Below are positions 1 to 18,185 of a DNA stretch of 64,000 nt, one piece after another (the stretch's first letter is position 1; every line of letters starts with the position of its first letter). Made by a program: the position numbers and the translations under genes. Below the pieces are notes generated by a model. That model was not told the DNA's origin. It did not search any database and was given only the letters and a program-made list of their open reading frames with translations. The stretch is from the human T2T-CHM13v2.0 reference genome, Homo sapiens, in the NCBI RefSeq assembly GCF_009914755.1, contig NC_060934.1; one strand, given 5' to 3'.

Positions 1-907
1 CTTGTTAATTTGTTTGAGTTCATTATAGATTCTGGATATTAGACCTTTGTCAGATGTGTAGTTTGCAAATATTTTCTACCATTCTGTAGGTTGTCTGCTT
101 ACTCTGTTGTTTCTTTTGCTGTGCAGAAGCTCTTTAGTTTAATTAGATCCCATTTGTCAATTTTTGTTTTTGTTGCAATTGCTTTTGGTGTCATAGTCAT
201 GAAATCTTTGCCAGGGCTATGTCCAGAATAGCATTCTTAGGTTATCTTCCATGGTTTATAATTTTATGTTTTACATTTAAGTCTTTAATCTATCTTGAAT
301 TGATTTTTGTAAACGGTGTAAGGAAAGAATCTAGTTTCAATCTTCTGCACATGGCTAGCCAGTTATCCTGGCACCATTTATTGAATAGGAAGTCCTTTCC
401 CCATTGCTTGTTTTTGTCAGCTTTGTTGAAAATCAGATAGTTGTAGGTGTGCAGCCTTATTTCTGGGTTCTCTATTCTGTTTCATTGGTCTGTGGGTCTA
501 CTTTTATACCAGCACCATGCTGTTTTGGTTACTGTAGCCTTGTAGAATAATTTGAAGTCTGGTATTGTGGTGCCTCCAGGCTTGTTCTTTTTCTTTAGGA
601 TTGCCTTAGCTATTTGACCTCTGTTTTGATTCCATGTAGATTTTAAAATAGTTTTATCTAGTTCTGTGAAGAATGTAATTTGTAGTTTGATAGGAATAGC
701 ATTAAATCTGTAAATTTCTTTAGACAGTACAGCCATTTTAACAATATTCATTCTTCCTTTCCATGAGCATGGGATGTTTTTCCATTTGTGTCACCTTGGA
801 TTTCTTTGAGCAGTGTTTTATATTTCTCATTGTAGACATAGTTCACCTTCCTAATTAGCTGTATTCCTAGGTGTTTTATTCTTTTCGTGGCTATTGTGAA
901 TGAGATT

Positions 908-1182
908 CTTTCTTTCTTTCTTTCTTTCTTTTTTTTTTTTTTTTTTTGAGTCTGAGACTCACTCTGTCACCCAGGCTGTGTCCAAGCGATTCTCCTGCCT
1001 CAGCCTCTTGAGTAGCTGGGATTACAGGTGCTCCACCACGCCCAGCTAATTTTTTTGTATTTTTAGTACAGACGACGTTTCACCATGTTGGTCAGGCTGG
1101 TCTCCAACTCCTGACCTCGTGATCCACCCACCTCAGCCTCCCAAAGTGCTGGGATTACAGACATTAGCAACTGCGCCCAACC
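908..1182 (-). mobile_element. AluS with ~45-bp internal deletion in the right arm, inserted in L1 ORF2
   Basis: Poly-T/(TTTC)n tail, then Alu antisense; CCAGGCTG jumps directly to TCCAAGCGATTCTCCTGCC. Confidence 0.9.
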
Positions 1183-3221
1183 GATATTTTGTTCTTTATT
1201 TCACTCTCAGCTTGGATGTTGTTGGTGTATAGGAATGCTACTAATTTTTGTACATTGATTTTGTATCCTGAAACTTTGCTGAAGTTGTTTATCAGATCAA
1301 GGAGCTTTTATGGGGTTTTCTATGTATAGAATCATATCATCTGCAAACAGGGATAACTTGACTTCCTCTCTTCCTATTTGAATGCCTTTTATTTCTTTCT
1401 CTTGCTTAATTGTTCTGGCCATCATTTCTAGTACTATATTGAATAGGAGGGGTGACAATGGGCATCCTTGCCTTGTACTGCTTTTCAAGGAGAATCCTTC
1501 CAGCTATTCCCCATTCAGTATGATGCTGGTTGTAGATTTTTCATAGCTGGCTCTTATTATTTTGAAGTATGTTCCTTCAATGCCCAGTTTGTTGAGGATT
1601 TTTAACATGAAGTGATGTTGAATTTTATCAAAAGACCTTTCTGCATCTATTGAGATGGTCATGTGGTTTCCGTTTTTAGTTCTGTTTATGTGATGAATCA
1701 CATTTATTGATTGGCCTATATTGAGTCAGCCTTGAATCCCAGATATAAAGCCTACTTGATTGTGGTGGATTAACTTTTTGATATTTTGCTGGATTTAGAT
1801 TGTTAGCATTTTGTTAAGAATTTTTGCATATGCTCATCAAGGATATTGGCCTGACATTTTCTTTTTATGTTATGTCTCTTCTAGGTTTTGGTGTCAGCAT
1901 GATGTTGTTCTCATAGAATGAGTTAGGGAGGGGTCCCTTCTCCTGGATATTTTGGAATACTTTCAGTAGGAATCGTACCAGCACTTCTTTATACTTCTGA
2001 TAGAATTTGGCTGTGAGTCTATCTGGCCCTGAGCTTTTTCTGGTTGGTAGACTTTTTATTACTAATTCAATTTCAAAACTCATTATTGGTCTGTTCAGGG
2101 ATTCAATTTCTTCCTGGTTCAATCTTAGGAGATTGCATGTTTTTAGGAATTTATTCATTCCTTCTAAGTTTTCTAGTTTGCATTCATAGAAGTGTTTGTA
2201 GTAGTCTCTGAGAGCTTTTGTTTGTTTGTTTGTTATTTCTCTGTGGTCAATGTTAACATCTTTGTCCTTTCTGATTGTGTTTATTTGGATCTTCTCTTTT
2301 TTTTCTTTATTAGTCTAGCTAGCAGTCTCTCTATCTTATTAATTCTTCCAAAAATTTACTTCGGGATTTGTTGATCTTTTCTATGGTTTTTCACATCTCA
2401 ATTTCCTTCAGTTCAGCTCTGATTTTGCTTCTTTCTTGTCTTCTGCTGGCTTTTGGGTTTGTTTGCTCCTGCTTCTCTGGTTCCTCTAGTTGTGATGCTA
2501 GGTTAATTTGAAATCTTTCTAAGTTTCTGGTGCGGGTGTTTAGTGCTATGCGTTTCCCTCTTAGCATGGCTTTAGTGTGTCCCAGAGATTTTTGTATGTT
2601 GTCTCTATGTTTTCATTAGTTTCAAAGAATTTCTTGATGTCTGCCTTAATTTCATTGTTTACCCAAAAGTCATTCAGGAGAAGGTCATTTAATTTCTATA
2701 TAATTGTATGATTTTGAACAATTTTATTGGTATTAACTTCTATTTTTGTTGTGCTGTGGTCTGAAAGGGTGGTTGGTATGATTTCAGTTTTTATGAATTT
2801 GTTAAGGATTGTTTTATGTCCAATTGTGTGCTTGATTTTAGAGTATGTACCATGTGCAGATGAGAAGAATGTACATTCTCTTGTTTTCGGGTGGAGAGTT
2901 ACGTAGATGTCTATTAGGTTCATTTGGTCAAGTGTCGAGTTCAGGTCCTGAATACCTTTGTTAGTCTTCTGCCTTGATAATGTGTCTAACACTTTCAGTG
3001 GTGTCATGAAGCCTCTCAATATTTTTGTGTGGTTATCTAAGTCTCTTTGTAGGTCACTAGGTACTTGTTTTACAAATCTGGGTGCTCCTGTATTGGGTGT
3101 GTATATATTTAGGATAGTTAGATCTTTTAATTGAATTGAGTCCTTTACCCTTACCATTATGTAATGCTCTTCTTTGTCTTTTGTATCTTTCTTGGTTTAA
3201 CGTCTGTTTTGTCTGAAATTA

Positions 3222-3535
<314 letters not shown>

Positions 3536-5620
3536 GAATAACAACCCTTGCCTTGCTGTTTTCTGTTTGCTTGTTAGATTTTTCTCAATCCCTTTACTTT
3601 GAGCCTGTGGGTGTCACTGCATGTGAGATGGGTCTCCTGGAGACTGCATATTGTTGGGTCTTGCTTTTTTATTCAACTTGCCACTCTGTGCCTTTCAGTT
3701 GGGGCATTTAGCCTATTTACATTTAAGGTTAATATTGAAATGTGCAGATTTGATCCTGTCATTGTGTTGTCAGCTGGTTATTATGCAGACTTGTTTTTGT
3801 GGTTGCTTTGTAGTGTCACTGGTCTATGTACTTAAGTCTATTTTTGTAGTAGCTGGTAATGGTCTTTCTTTCCATATTTAGCACTCCCTTTAGGACCCCT
3901 TGTAAGACAGTCTAATGGTAACAAATTCCCTTAGCATTTGCTTGTCTGAAAAGCAGCTTGTTTCAACTTCGCTTATAAAGCTTAATTTGGATGGATATGA
4001 AATTTTTGGTTGGAAATTCTTTTCTTTAAGAATGCTGAATATAGGCTCCTAACCTCTTATGGCTTGTAGGGTTTCTTCTGAAAGGTCTGCTGTTAGCCTG
4101 ATGGGGTTCCCTTTGTAGGTAAACTGCCATTTCTCTCTAGCTCCCTTTAACATTTTTTCTTTTATGTCATTCTTGGAGAATCTGATGACTGTGTGTCTTG
4201 GGAATGGTCTTTTTTGTATTATCATGCAGGAGTTCTCTGTATTTTTTGAATTTGAATGTTGGCATCTCCAATAATGTTGGAGAAATTTTCATGAACAGTG
4301 TCCTGAAGTATATTTTGAAGTTGTTAGTGTTTTCTCCCTCTCTTTCAGTGATGCCAATGAATTGTAGATTTGGTCTCTTTACATAATCCCATATTTTTCA
4401 GCAAATTTGTTCATTCTTCTATACTGTTTTTTTTTTCTTTATTTTTGTCTGACTGAGTTATTTTGGAGAACCAGTCTTTGAGCTCTGAAATTCTTTCCTC
4501 AGCTTGGTTAATTCTGCTGTTAATACTTGTGATTGTATTCTGAAATTCTTGAAGTGAGTCATTCAGCTCTGTCAGAATAGTTTGATTCTTTCTTAAAATG
4601 ACCATTTTCTCTTTCATCTCCTCCATTGTTGTATCATATTCCTTAGAATTCTTGGATTGGTTTTTGACTTTCTGAATCTCAATGATCTTCATTCATATTC
4701 ATATTCAGAATTCTATTTATGTTTTTTCAGCCACTTCAGCCTGGTCATGAACCATTGCTGGGGAACTACTGTGATCATTTGTAGGTAAGACACTCTGGCT
4801 TTTTGAGTTGGCAGAGTTCCAGGGCTGGTTATTTCTCATCTTTTTGGGTTGATGTTCCTTCAATCTTTGAAGATGCTGTCCTTTGGATCATTTTGTTGTT
4901 GTTGTTGTTTTGGCTTTTGTCCTATTTGGTGTCCTTGGGGGTTTACTTATGGTATAAGGTAGATTCAGTTGACTGGCTTCATTTTGGGAAGATTTTAGGA
5001 GGCCAAGCCTCAACTCAGCACTCCTGGGCTGCATGCTCTAAATCACAGGGGCTGATAGCAGGCCCTGGCCCCTTCAGGTTAGGAACTTGCTGCACTGGAG
5101 GAGTTGAGATATTCCTGGACTGCTGGCCACAACACTATGATGGGTTGTGCCAGCCAAAGCACTTCATTGGGAGGTGACAGCAGAATCTGTGGATCTGTGC
5201 TTTTTCATACCTGTCAGTAGCGCAACAGCGGCATAGCAGCAGAGTGTCCACTCGTTGGCTAGTGAGGGATGCTGGCCAGTGCAGGACTGACTTTCTCCAT
5301 GCAGGTGTTTGCAGTGGCAGCATACGGGGGGCAGGTGTTGGGGCTACTGGCGTCTGTGGATACAGTGGTGTCTGTACAGAGGCAGGGTGCTGGTAGATGT
5401 GGGGCTGGCAATTTCTGTGTATGTGTTCATGCCAGAGCAGCAATAGCGGTGCAGGGCAGGAGGTGGGACTTTTGGCCTCCATGCATGTGCTTGTGCTGGC
5501 AATGCTAGCATGACAGGGCATTCAGGGGCAGAGTGCACTCAGGACACCAGCAGTGGCAATAGCTGTCTTCATTATTTTCTACATGGGGAATTACATTAAT
5601 TGAGTTAAAAATGATAAACC

Positions 5621-5954
<334 letters not shown>

Positions 5955-5960
5955 TTATCT

Positions 5961-6110
5961 GTTTTTTTGTTGTTGTTTTGTTTTTAGAGATGGACACTCA
6001 CTGTCACTCAGGCTGTAGTGCAGTGGTGTGATCTTGGCTCACTGCAACCTCTGCCTCCCAGTTCAAATAATTCTCCTGCCTCAGCCTCCCAAGTAGCTGG
6101 GATTACAGGC
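5961..6110 (-). mobile_element. 5'-truncated Alu (right arm only)
   Basis: Antisense right monomer; TSD TATCTGTTTTTT at 5956-5967 and 6111-6122. Confidence 0.9.
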
Positions 6111-6294
6111 TATCTGTTTTTTATATTGCTTGATTTAATCTTTAAATATTTGGTTCAGGATTCTTGCATCCTGTTTTATAAGAGATATTGCTCTTTAGCT
6201 TTGTTTTCTTTTGAAGTCTTTATTTGGATATGGTGTTCAGCTAATGCTAGACTCATAACATGGTCTGAAAAATGTTGTCTCCTTTTACTTTCTT

Positions 6295-7629
<1,335 letters not shown>

Positions 7630-8115
7630 TAAATAATTAATTTATTTGATACATACAGAACTATTCAGGTGTCTATTTCTCAACAAGTCAGTTTTGTAAT
7701 TAAGACCTTTCAAACAATTTGCCCAATTCATTTTAGTTCTCAATTTTATTGGAATAAAGTTGTTCATAATATTCTTTTATAATCTTTTCAATGACTGTTT
7801 GATCGGTAGAGACATCACTTATTTCACTTCTGATAATGACAATTTGTGTCTTCTCTCTTTTTTCTTAATTCATCTACTAGACATTCAATCATTTTTTTAT
7901 CTTTCCAAAGAACAAACTTTGAATTTTATTCATCTCTATTTTGGGGGTCTGTTTTCTCTTTTACTGTGTTGGCTCTCATCTTTATTTACTTGCTTTCACT
8001 TACTTGGGTTTTATTAACTCTCCTTTTTTAGCTTCCTATACTGAAGCTTAGTTCATTGATTGTATGCCCTTTCACTTTACTAATGTAAGCATTAAAAGAT
8101 ATAAATGTCTGTATC

Positions 8116-8410
8116 GGCTGTGGTGGCCCACGCCTGTAATCCCAGCAGTCTGGGAGGTCGAGGCAGACAGATCACCTAAGGTCAGGAGTTCAAGACCAGC
8201 CTGGCCAAAATGGTGAAACCTGTCTCTATTAAAAATATAAAAATTAGCTAAGCTTGGTGGTGGGCTCCTGTAATCCCAGCTACTCAGGAGGCTGAGGCAG
8301 GAGAATCGCTTGAACCTAGGAGGTGGAGGTTGCAGTGAGCCAAGATCACCATCACACTTTAGCCTAGGCAGCAGGGCAAGACTCTGTCTCAAAAATAAAT
8401 AAATAAATAA
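8116..8410 (+). mobile_element. AluS
   Basis: Dimeric Alu with (TAAA)n tail, flanked by repeated ATAAATGTCT. Confidence 0.9.
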
Positions 8411-8679
8411 ATGTCTCTGTCTACATTGCTTTAATTGTATCCCACAAATTTTGAAATATAGGTGGTTTCTTTACATTTAATTTCAAATATTTTCTAATTT
8501 CCCTTCTGATTTCTTTTTTGATCTGAGGGTAATTTGGAAGTGTGTTGATTGCTTTCTAAATTGCTGTTATCTCTCAATGACTTTTTTACTTAATTCTCTT
8601 AATATAAGGGAAAATACTCTACACAACTACACTCCTCTTAAATTTATTAGTAAATTCATCTATGTCTTCTGTGACTGTC

Positions 8680-8822
8680 TGTGGTAGAAAAAAAAAAGCC
8701 CCCCAAGATATCCATGTCCTAATCCACAGAACCTAAAAATATATTACCTTACATGGCAAAAGGGATTTTTCGGATGTTATTAAATTAATGATTTGGGGAT
8801 GGAAACATTTTGTATTATCTGT
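8680..8822 (+). mobile_element. MLT1D-like MaLR LTR 5' fragment
   Basis: TGTGGTAG...CCCCCAAGATATCCATGTCCTAATCC...TTACCTTACATGGCAAAAGGGA resembles the MLT1D start. Confidence 0.75.
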
Positions 8823-9689
8823 GTCAAAGACTAAAACAATGTACAAATTTTGCTAGATATTGACTATTCCTTTCCATAAAGAATTATAACATTTTGTATT
8901 GTCACCAGCAATATGTCATTGTCTCTACCCCTGAAGCCTTGCCAAGAGAATATGTTGTAAGACTTTTGGATTTTTGTCAGTGTGATAGGTCAAAATTTGT
9001 ACATTAATAGAGTTTTACATGTAACTTACTGTGATCAAGTTAAGCCTTTTTGCATATGTTAAAAGTCATTTGTATTTCTTTTTTCAATGAACTATTTGTA
9101 TCTCTACTACATTTTTGTTCTATTTTATATATTCTGTTTCTTTTAGCTCTTTTATGTTCGGAATATTAATCTTTCACCTGTGATAAAAAGCTGGAAGCTA
9201 TTTTTTTAGATTATTGTGTATCTTTATTTTGCTTGTGGTATTTTTGCAGGCAAATGTTTAAATGACTTTTAGCCTAGTATTCTGACTGAACTTCCTTAAT
9301 AGAACATATTCTAAAGGGAAAAAAATCCGAAAGAAAATTATAAACCTTATTGAGAGTTGGTAAGCATATTGAAATTTTTACATTGTAGTCATTCTATACA
9401 TGTCCTAGAATAAAGAATAAAGTAAATGTGCTAATTAGTAACCAGGGTTTTCAATATAAAACATAGGTTATCAATACAAAGTCAAAAAAATCAGAAAAGC
9501 ACTATAATATTAAATATGAATTAGAAATAAACAACATATACTCAATATTTAAATATACTTATATTTACATATATCCTAGCTTTATTCATTGAAATGTCTG
9601 GGAACCACACCACCCCAATGAAAATGAATACTCCTGATACTCACATTTTAGTTTCTAATTATCAGTTCCCCCCAAAAAAAATCAGATAT

Positions 9690-11595
<1,906 letters not shown>

Positions 11596-11666
11596 TTAAA
11601 AAATGAATTCAGAGATCTTTGAAGAAATGTTTGAATTCTGATCTGGAACATAGGAAATACAAGGTA

Positions 11667-11904
11667 AGACCAACCTGGGCAACATAGTGAGACCCTGTCT
11701 CTACAAAAAAATAAAACATTAGCCAAATATTGTGGCACATACTTATAGTCTTAGCTACCCTGGTGGCCGAGGTCAGAGGATCACTTGAGTCCAGGTGTTC
11801 AAGATTACAGTGACCAATGATTGCACTACTGCATTGCAGCCTGGGTGACAGAGTGAGACCCTGTCTCAAAAAAAAAAAAAAAAAAAGAAAAAGAAAAAAG
11901 AAAA
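11667..11904 (+). mobile_element. AluJ, 5'-truncated
   Basis: GGATCACTTGAG...GTGAGACCCTGTCTC plus A-rich tail; J-type features. Confidence 0.85.
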
Positions 11905-12000
11905 CACCGCGTAAGACTGTAATATCTTAATAGTTCATAAAACAAAAATTTAGTCAAAGACCACTGAAGCAAAAATTTGCGTCAAAAATACAGAAAGCCA

Positions 12001-12345
12001 TTTTTTACTTTATTTTGTAAGTTCGCAGTACACGTGCAGGATGTGTAGGTTTGTTACATAGGTAAACGTGTGCCATGATGGTTTGCTGCACCTATCAACC
12101 CATCACTTAAGTATTAAGCCCGGCATGCATTAGCTATTTTTTCTGATGCTCTTTTCACATATCCCACCCTGTGACAGGCCCCAGTGGGTGTTGTTCCCCT
12201 CCCTGTGTCCATGTGTTCTCATTGTTCAGCTCCCACTTACGAGAGAGAACATGCGGTGTTTGGTTTTCTGTTCCTGCGTTAATTTGCTGAGGATAATGGC
12301 TTCCAGCTCCTTCCATGTCTCTGCAAAGGACATGATCTCATTTCC
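12001..12345 (-). mobile_element. L1PA8-10-like 3' end fragment
   Basis: Antisense L1 3'UTR; degenerate TSD CAGAAAGCCATTTTTTA / CACAAAAGCATTTTTA. Confidence 0.85.
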
Positions 12346-12399
12346 ACAAAAGCATTTTTAAGGGATTTACATTAGCCAATTTTGAGCTCTGAGTATTTG

Positions 12400-13750
12400 C
12401 GTATTGAAATTTGAGCACCAATAGGGATAATTATTTTAATTGTTCAAGTATAAAAGATTTGCCTATCAAAAGGCAAAATTAATTATGAAACATTGAATAA
12501 ATAAACACTTAGTAGTCTGTAGTGATTCTGCAAGTGAAAGCCGGGGGAGAGAGAAATTGGAGGTGACTGATACATGGAATAATGTTATAACTTATTGTCA
12601 ATTTGTTAAATTTTTATTGTGAATGGAAACACAATAACTTTCTGTGGAAAGAGATATAACCAGGACTGTCATGGATAAACTGGAATAGCTAGTCATCTTA
12701 TTATTACACCAGTTTCTTACTCTGACAGCTGGTAATTAAAAGAAAGGAGCTGAGCAAATTTTTGGAGAAGAAACACTTTTTCTACAAAAGAATGATAGTT
12801 AATAAACATAGAAAGCGTAATAATATTTTAAAATCATGTTTTTCTGACCCCCCCACATTGAAATAAGTAATTCAGGCAAAAATTATTTGTAAAGATTAAA
12901 ACAATTAGGTAAAATGTTGCTAGAGTATAAGATATACACAGTTGCCAAAGGAAAACATACCTTTAAGTGGAAAGGTTTGCTCGTCATCACATCAACAGAG
13001 TGATCAAACTTAGCCTCACTAACATTTGGGTATGCCAACATGTGTACCTCTTGATATGATGTAAAATGAAATACAAAGCATTACTTATTAAATATTGTCC
13101 AAAATGTTTACTGTATATCTAGTCAAGTCTTTAGATCAACCTTTCAGTTTTCCAGAAATAGGAGATAAAGAAAAAAGATAAACGTCAAGAGGAAACTATC
13201 AAATACATTTAGGATGTGGGACAATCAGTGAGAAAATGGATTTGGTCTTTTTAAAAAGTCAATATAAAAAATTATAATAATGGAGAACAGATTAGTGGTT
13301 GCCAGGGGCATTGGAGAGGGTCGAAACAGCAGGAAGCCGTTGTGGCTATAAAAGGGCAATACAAGGGATGCTTGTGATGATGGAAGTCTTCTGTATTTTG
13401 ATTTTATCAATGTCAATATCCTAATTGTGATATTTTAATGCTATCATTTTGCAAAATGCTATCATTGGGGGGAAATGGATAAAAGATACATAGGCTCTAT
13501 CAGCATTATTTTTTACAACTGCATGTACATCTATAATTCTCTCAAAATAAGTTTAATTTTAAAATAATTTTAAAAATATGTTAAATACACCAAAAGCTGG
13601 GAAGACTACTCTAGATTTAAAAATGCTAGAGATAAAATGAGCAAATGTAAATATGGTCATTACCTATTGCTGAATATTGATGGTAGATATTTATTTTGTT
13701 CAAGTACTCTGCATGTTTGAAATTTTTCATAACAAAATCAGAAAAAAAAT
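12400..13750 (+). mobile_element. Old L1MC/L1ME 3'UTR fragments, including an L1MC-like 3' end at ~13275-13560
   Basis: GGAGAACAGATTAGTGGTTGCCAGGG and TTACAACTGCATGT...CTCAAAATAA motifs typical of L1M 3' ends. Confidence 0.65.
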
Positions 13751-14410
13751 TCAATCCCATTGTTAGACAACGGGATCACCTTGATTAGAAATTGATCATT
13801 TCAGGCAAATGGTTAAAATAATATACCAACCTTAGCTATTGAATTTTCTTCTCTTTGTGGTCATCTAATTAGTTAATAGAACATGCAATTTTTAGTTACT
13901 TGCTTCATTAATTTACCCTTATACTTGCTGAAGACACAGCAATGGTCACATATGGAAAAAATAATATTCATTAAATAAACAGAAACATCTGCTTGATTTA
14001 TTATGCAGAGATTATGGCAGAGTTTTGATTTGGTGCAACATTAGAAGAAAGTGAAAGCCAGATAAGTAAGATTCTCAAGTTTTTTATTCAGTTTTAACTT
14101 TATCACCCACAGTGCAAGTCAGCTACAATGTTGAACTCAGAGCCAAAAAAACCAGAAAGATCACATTAGGCATCAGGTCTGTTTGCCTTTGCAAACTCAT
14201 ATTTCGTCTCTTTATTTAATCTTGGCTTATGACTATTAAGAAAAGAATGCCTAAAATTGTTCATTCCTTTTACTCCCTATGAATTTAACAGGACATCTTT
14301 TAATGCAAATTTTTTGACACAACTTTCTGATAAGCAAATTTCATTACAATTCTTTCTTATGCACTTCTCATTAAAATTTTCAGGGTAAATCTATTTCAAA
14401 ATATCTAAAT

Positions 14411-16412
14411 TAACAGAAATTCTTAGAACTGATAAACAAATTCACTAAAGTTGCAGGATAAGAAATCAACATACAAAAATCAGTAGCATTTCTATATGCC
14501 AACAGTAAACAATCTGAAAAAGAAATCAAGAAAGTAATGTCATTTACAATAGCTACAAATAAAATTGAATCCCCGGGAATTAACCAAAGAAGTGAAAGAT
14601 TTCTACGATGAAAACTATAAAACATTGATGAGAGAAATTGGAGAGAACACAAAAAATGGAAAATTATTCCATGTTTAAGGATTTGAAGAATGAATATTGT
14701 TAAAATGTCCATACCACCCAAAGCAATCTACAGATTCAATGCAATGCCTATCAAAATACCAATGACATTCTTCGCAGAAATAGAAAAACAATTCTAAAAT
14801 TTACATGGAACTACAGAAGACCCAGAACAGCCAAAGATATCCTTAGCAAACGGAACAAAACTGGAGGAATCACATTACCTGACTTCAAAGTATACTACAG
14901 AGCTACAGTAACCAAAACAGCAAGCTACTGTCATAAAAACAGATACATAAACCAATGGAACAAAATGGAGAACCCAGAAGCAAATCCATACATCTACAAT
15001 AAACTCATTTTTGACAAAGACGCCAAGAACATACAATAGGGAAAGCACAGTCTCTTCAATAAATGGTGCTGGGAAAACTGGACATCCATATGCAGAATCA
15101 AACTAGACCCTATGTCTCGCCATATACAAAAATCAAATAATAATGGATTAAAGATTTAAATCTAAGATCTCAAACTATGAAACTACTACAAGAAAACACT
15201 GCAGAAACTCTCCAGGACATTGGATTGGGCAAAACTTTTTTGAGTAATAACCCCCCAAGCCCAGGCAAAAATGGACAAATGGGATCACATGAAGTTAAAA
15301 AGCTTCTGCACAGCAAAGGATACATCAATAAAGTGAAGAGACAACTCACAGAATGGGAGAAAATATTCGTAAACTATCCATTTAACAATAGATTAATAAC
15401 CAGAATACACAAGGAGCTCAAACTACTCTATAGGTAAAAATCTAATAATCTGACTAAAAAATGAGTGAAATATCTAGATAGACATTTCTCAAAAGAAGAC
15501 ACACAAATGGTAAACAGGTATATGAAAATATGTTCAACATCATTGATCATCGGAGAAATGCAAAGGAAAACTATAATGAGATATCAACTCACCCCAGCTA
15601 AAATGGCTTTTATCCAAAAGACAGGCAATAACAAATGCTGGCAAGATGTTGAGAAAAGGGAACCCTCATACACTGTTGGTGGGAGTGGAAATTAGTACAA
15701 CCACTATGGAGTATAGTTTGGAGGTTCCTCAAAAAACTAAAAGTAGAGCTGCCATATGATCTGGCAATCCCACTTCTAGGCATATACCCAAAGGAAAAGA
15801 AATCATTATATCAAAGAGATATCTCCACTTCCATGTTTATTGCAGCACTATTCACAATAGCCAAGATTTGGAAGCAACGTAAGTGTCCATCAATAGATGA
15901 GTGGATAAAGAAAATATGGTACATATACACAATGGAGTACCATTCAGCCATAAAAAAGAATGAGATCCTGTCATTTGCAATAACATAGATGTAACTGGAA
16001 ATCATTAAGTTAAATAAGCCAGGCACAGAAAGATAAACATTGCATGTTCTCACTTATTTGTGGGATCTAAAAACCAAAACAATTAAACTCATGGAAATAG
16101 AGAATAGAAGGATAGTTACCAGAAGCTGGGAAGTGTAGGGAGTAGGAGAGTGGGGATGGTTAAACGGTACAAAGAATAGTTAGAAAGAATAAATAATATC
16201 TAGTAGTTGGTAGCAAATAGGGTGACTATAGTCAATAATTTAACAGTACATTTTAAAATAAAAGTGTATAATTGCATTGTAACACAAAGGATAAGTGCTT
16301 AAGGTGATGGATACTCCATTTACCCTGATGTGATAATACTCTATGAAAATATACAACATACCCCATAAATACATACACTTACTAGGTACCCATAAAAATT
16401 AAAAATTTTAGA
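14411..16412 (+). mobile_element. L1MA (L1MA2/3-like) 3' ~2 kb
   Basis: Sense ORF2 C-terminal fragments (ORFs 15177-15437, 15465-15695) and L1MA-type 3'UTR ending AAAATTAAAAATT. Confidence 0.9.
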
Positions 16413-16802
16413 AAAGGATTTCTGATATCTCCTTTCATTACCAGTGATTTAAACATTTATTTCATTTAGACTATAGCATGAAACTCTATCTCGGTATTAT
16501 GTGAGCTACCATAAAGCAGGAATAAACAGAAATAGGACTGGTGTTTGGCAAAGCACCATAAAACAGAGATGCCTAGTAGAAAGTTTAATAATATGGTAAT
16601 CACTTGATAATGGGATCAATTATATCATGAATGTAAGCCTTGATGATCTAATGGGACTAGGACATCTGTTCACTATATTTTTAGTGGGCCCTTCTTTGAG
16701 CATGTGATTTGCAAGGTGAAGCAAAACACTGACTACAGAAAAAAGGATACCCAAAATATCAGACTTATTATCAATAGTTCAGCAACTGATATGTGCATAA
16801 AC

Positions 16803-17030
16803 CTGAGGCTGGCAATTTTATTCTTCCTGAAAAGGAACAGATATTAAATAATTTAGGCTTTGTGGGCCAGACTGTCTCTGTCACAACTACTCAACTCTTC
16901 CATTTTAAGTGCAAAAGCAGCCATAGATGACACTAAATGAATGGGTATAGCCATGCTTCAATAATACTTTATTTATAAAAATAAGCAGCAGGCCAGACTT
17001 GGCTTGCAGGTTGTAGTTTGCTAATCCCTT
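16803..17030 (+). mobile_element. MER58A-like hAT-Charlie MITE
   Basis: TTTAGGCTTTGTGGGCC...CTCTGTCACAACTACTCAACTCT...GTAGTTTGCTAATCCCT matches MER58A as recalled. Confidence 0.85.
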
Positions 17031-17476
17031 TCATAGATGATCAAATTATTCAATTAGCAAATGGCACTTGATGTAGAATTTGATTTCTGAAAATGCAAAA
17101 ATGATGATGTTAAAACAAATTATTTTTAGAGACTATGAACTTACTTTATGATTTTCCATTTTGTCTTCTTTATCCATTAATTCTTATTTGCCATTAGTAC
17201 AAAGGTACAAAAGATTAAAAATTGGAAGGCTGTGTGGGACAAATAAGTCAACTAAATATAAATAATGGATTTGTATATTTTCATTATTTTCATCCCATGC
17301 AACCCTGCAAAATTATATTTTTCTCCTCTCAAAAGAGGAAAGTAATGCATTCTTGAGGTTTTGGCACAAGCACTGTTTAACGAAGGTCATACACTGAGCA
17401 ACAGAAGTTACTTATATGTTAGGACCCTTTGTAGAAATATGGAAAAATATACAAAATGAATAGAATACTCTTTTCT

Positions 17477-17968
17477 TTTTTAATATATTTTTTATTATAC
17501 TTTAAGTTCTAGGGTACATGTGCACAACATGCAGGTTTGTTACATACGTATACATGTGCCATGTTGGTGTGCTGCACCCATTAACTCCTCATTTAACATT
17601 AGATATATCTCCTAATGCTATCCCTCCCCCCTCCCCCCACCCCACAACAGGCCCCAGTGTGTGATGTTCCCCTTCCTGTGTCCAAGTGTTCTCATTGTTC
17701 AATTCCCACCTATGAGTGAGAACATGCAGTGTTTGGTTTTTTTGTCCCTGCAATAGTTTGCTGAGAATGGTGGTTTCCAGCTTCATTCATGTCCCTACAA
17801 AGGACATGAACTCATCATTTTTTATGGCTGCATAGTATTCCATGGTGTATATGTGCCACATTTTCACATGCACATGTATGTTTATTGCGGCACTATTCAC
17901 AATAGCAAAGACTTGTAACCAACCCAAATCTCCAACAATGATAGACTGGATTCAGAAAATGTGGCACA
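17477..17968 (-). mobile_element. L1PA4/5-like 3' end with short 5' inversion
   Basis: Antisense 3'UTR to ~17865, sense piece ~17865-17968; TSD TAGAATACTCTTTTCT at 17461-17476 and 17974-17989. Confidence 0.93.
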
Positions 17969-18185
17969 AAATGTAGAATACTCTTTTCTAATATGTCCAT
18001 AATTGAAAATAGTGCATTGTGGAAATTTTTCTCAAGTCCAGCAGTGGTCTTCCTGCATAATGGCTAGATTCTGACACATATATTCCATGCATATTGAGAA
18101 TACAGATTAAAAATCCCAGCTCAGATCCTGGCCCATAGCTCTTCAAAAAATAGTTGTCAAGGACCTATCCTGAAGACAGCGTGTT

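Noticed and set aside
4803-5538. Cluster of overlapping ORFs in GC-richer DNA suggesting a gene or CpG island
   Set aside because: This is the CpG-decayed 5'UTR of the minus-strand L1.
13983-14065. Exon-like segment NICLIYYAEIMAEF*FGATLEESESQI ending in GTAAG
   Set aside because: Poor polypyrimidine tract and only 47 nt to the next acceptor, too short for a mammalian intron; left out of the candidate chain.
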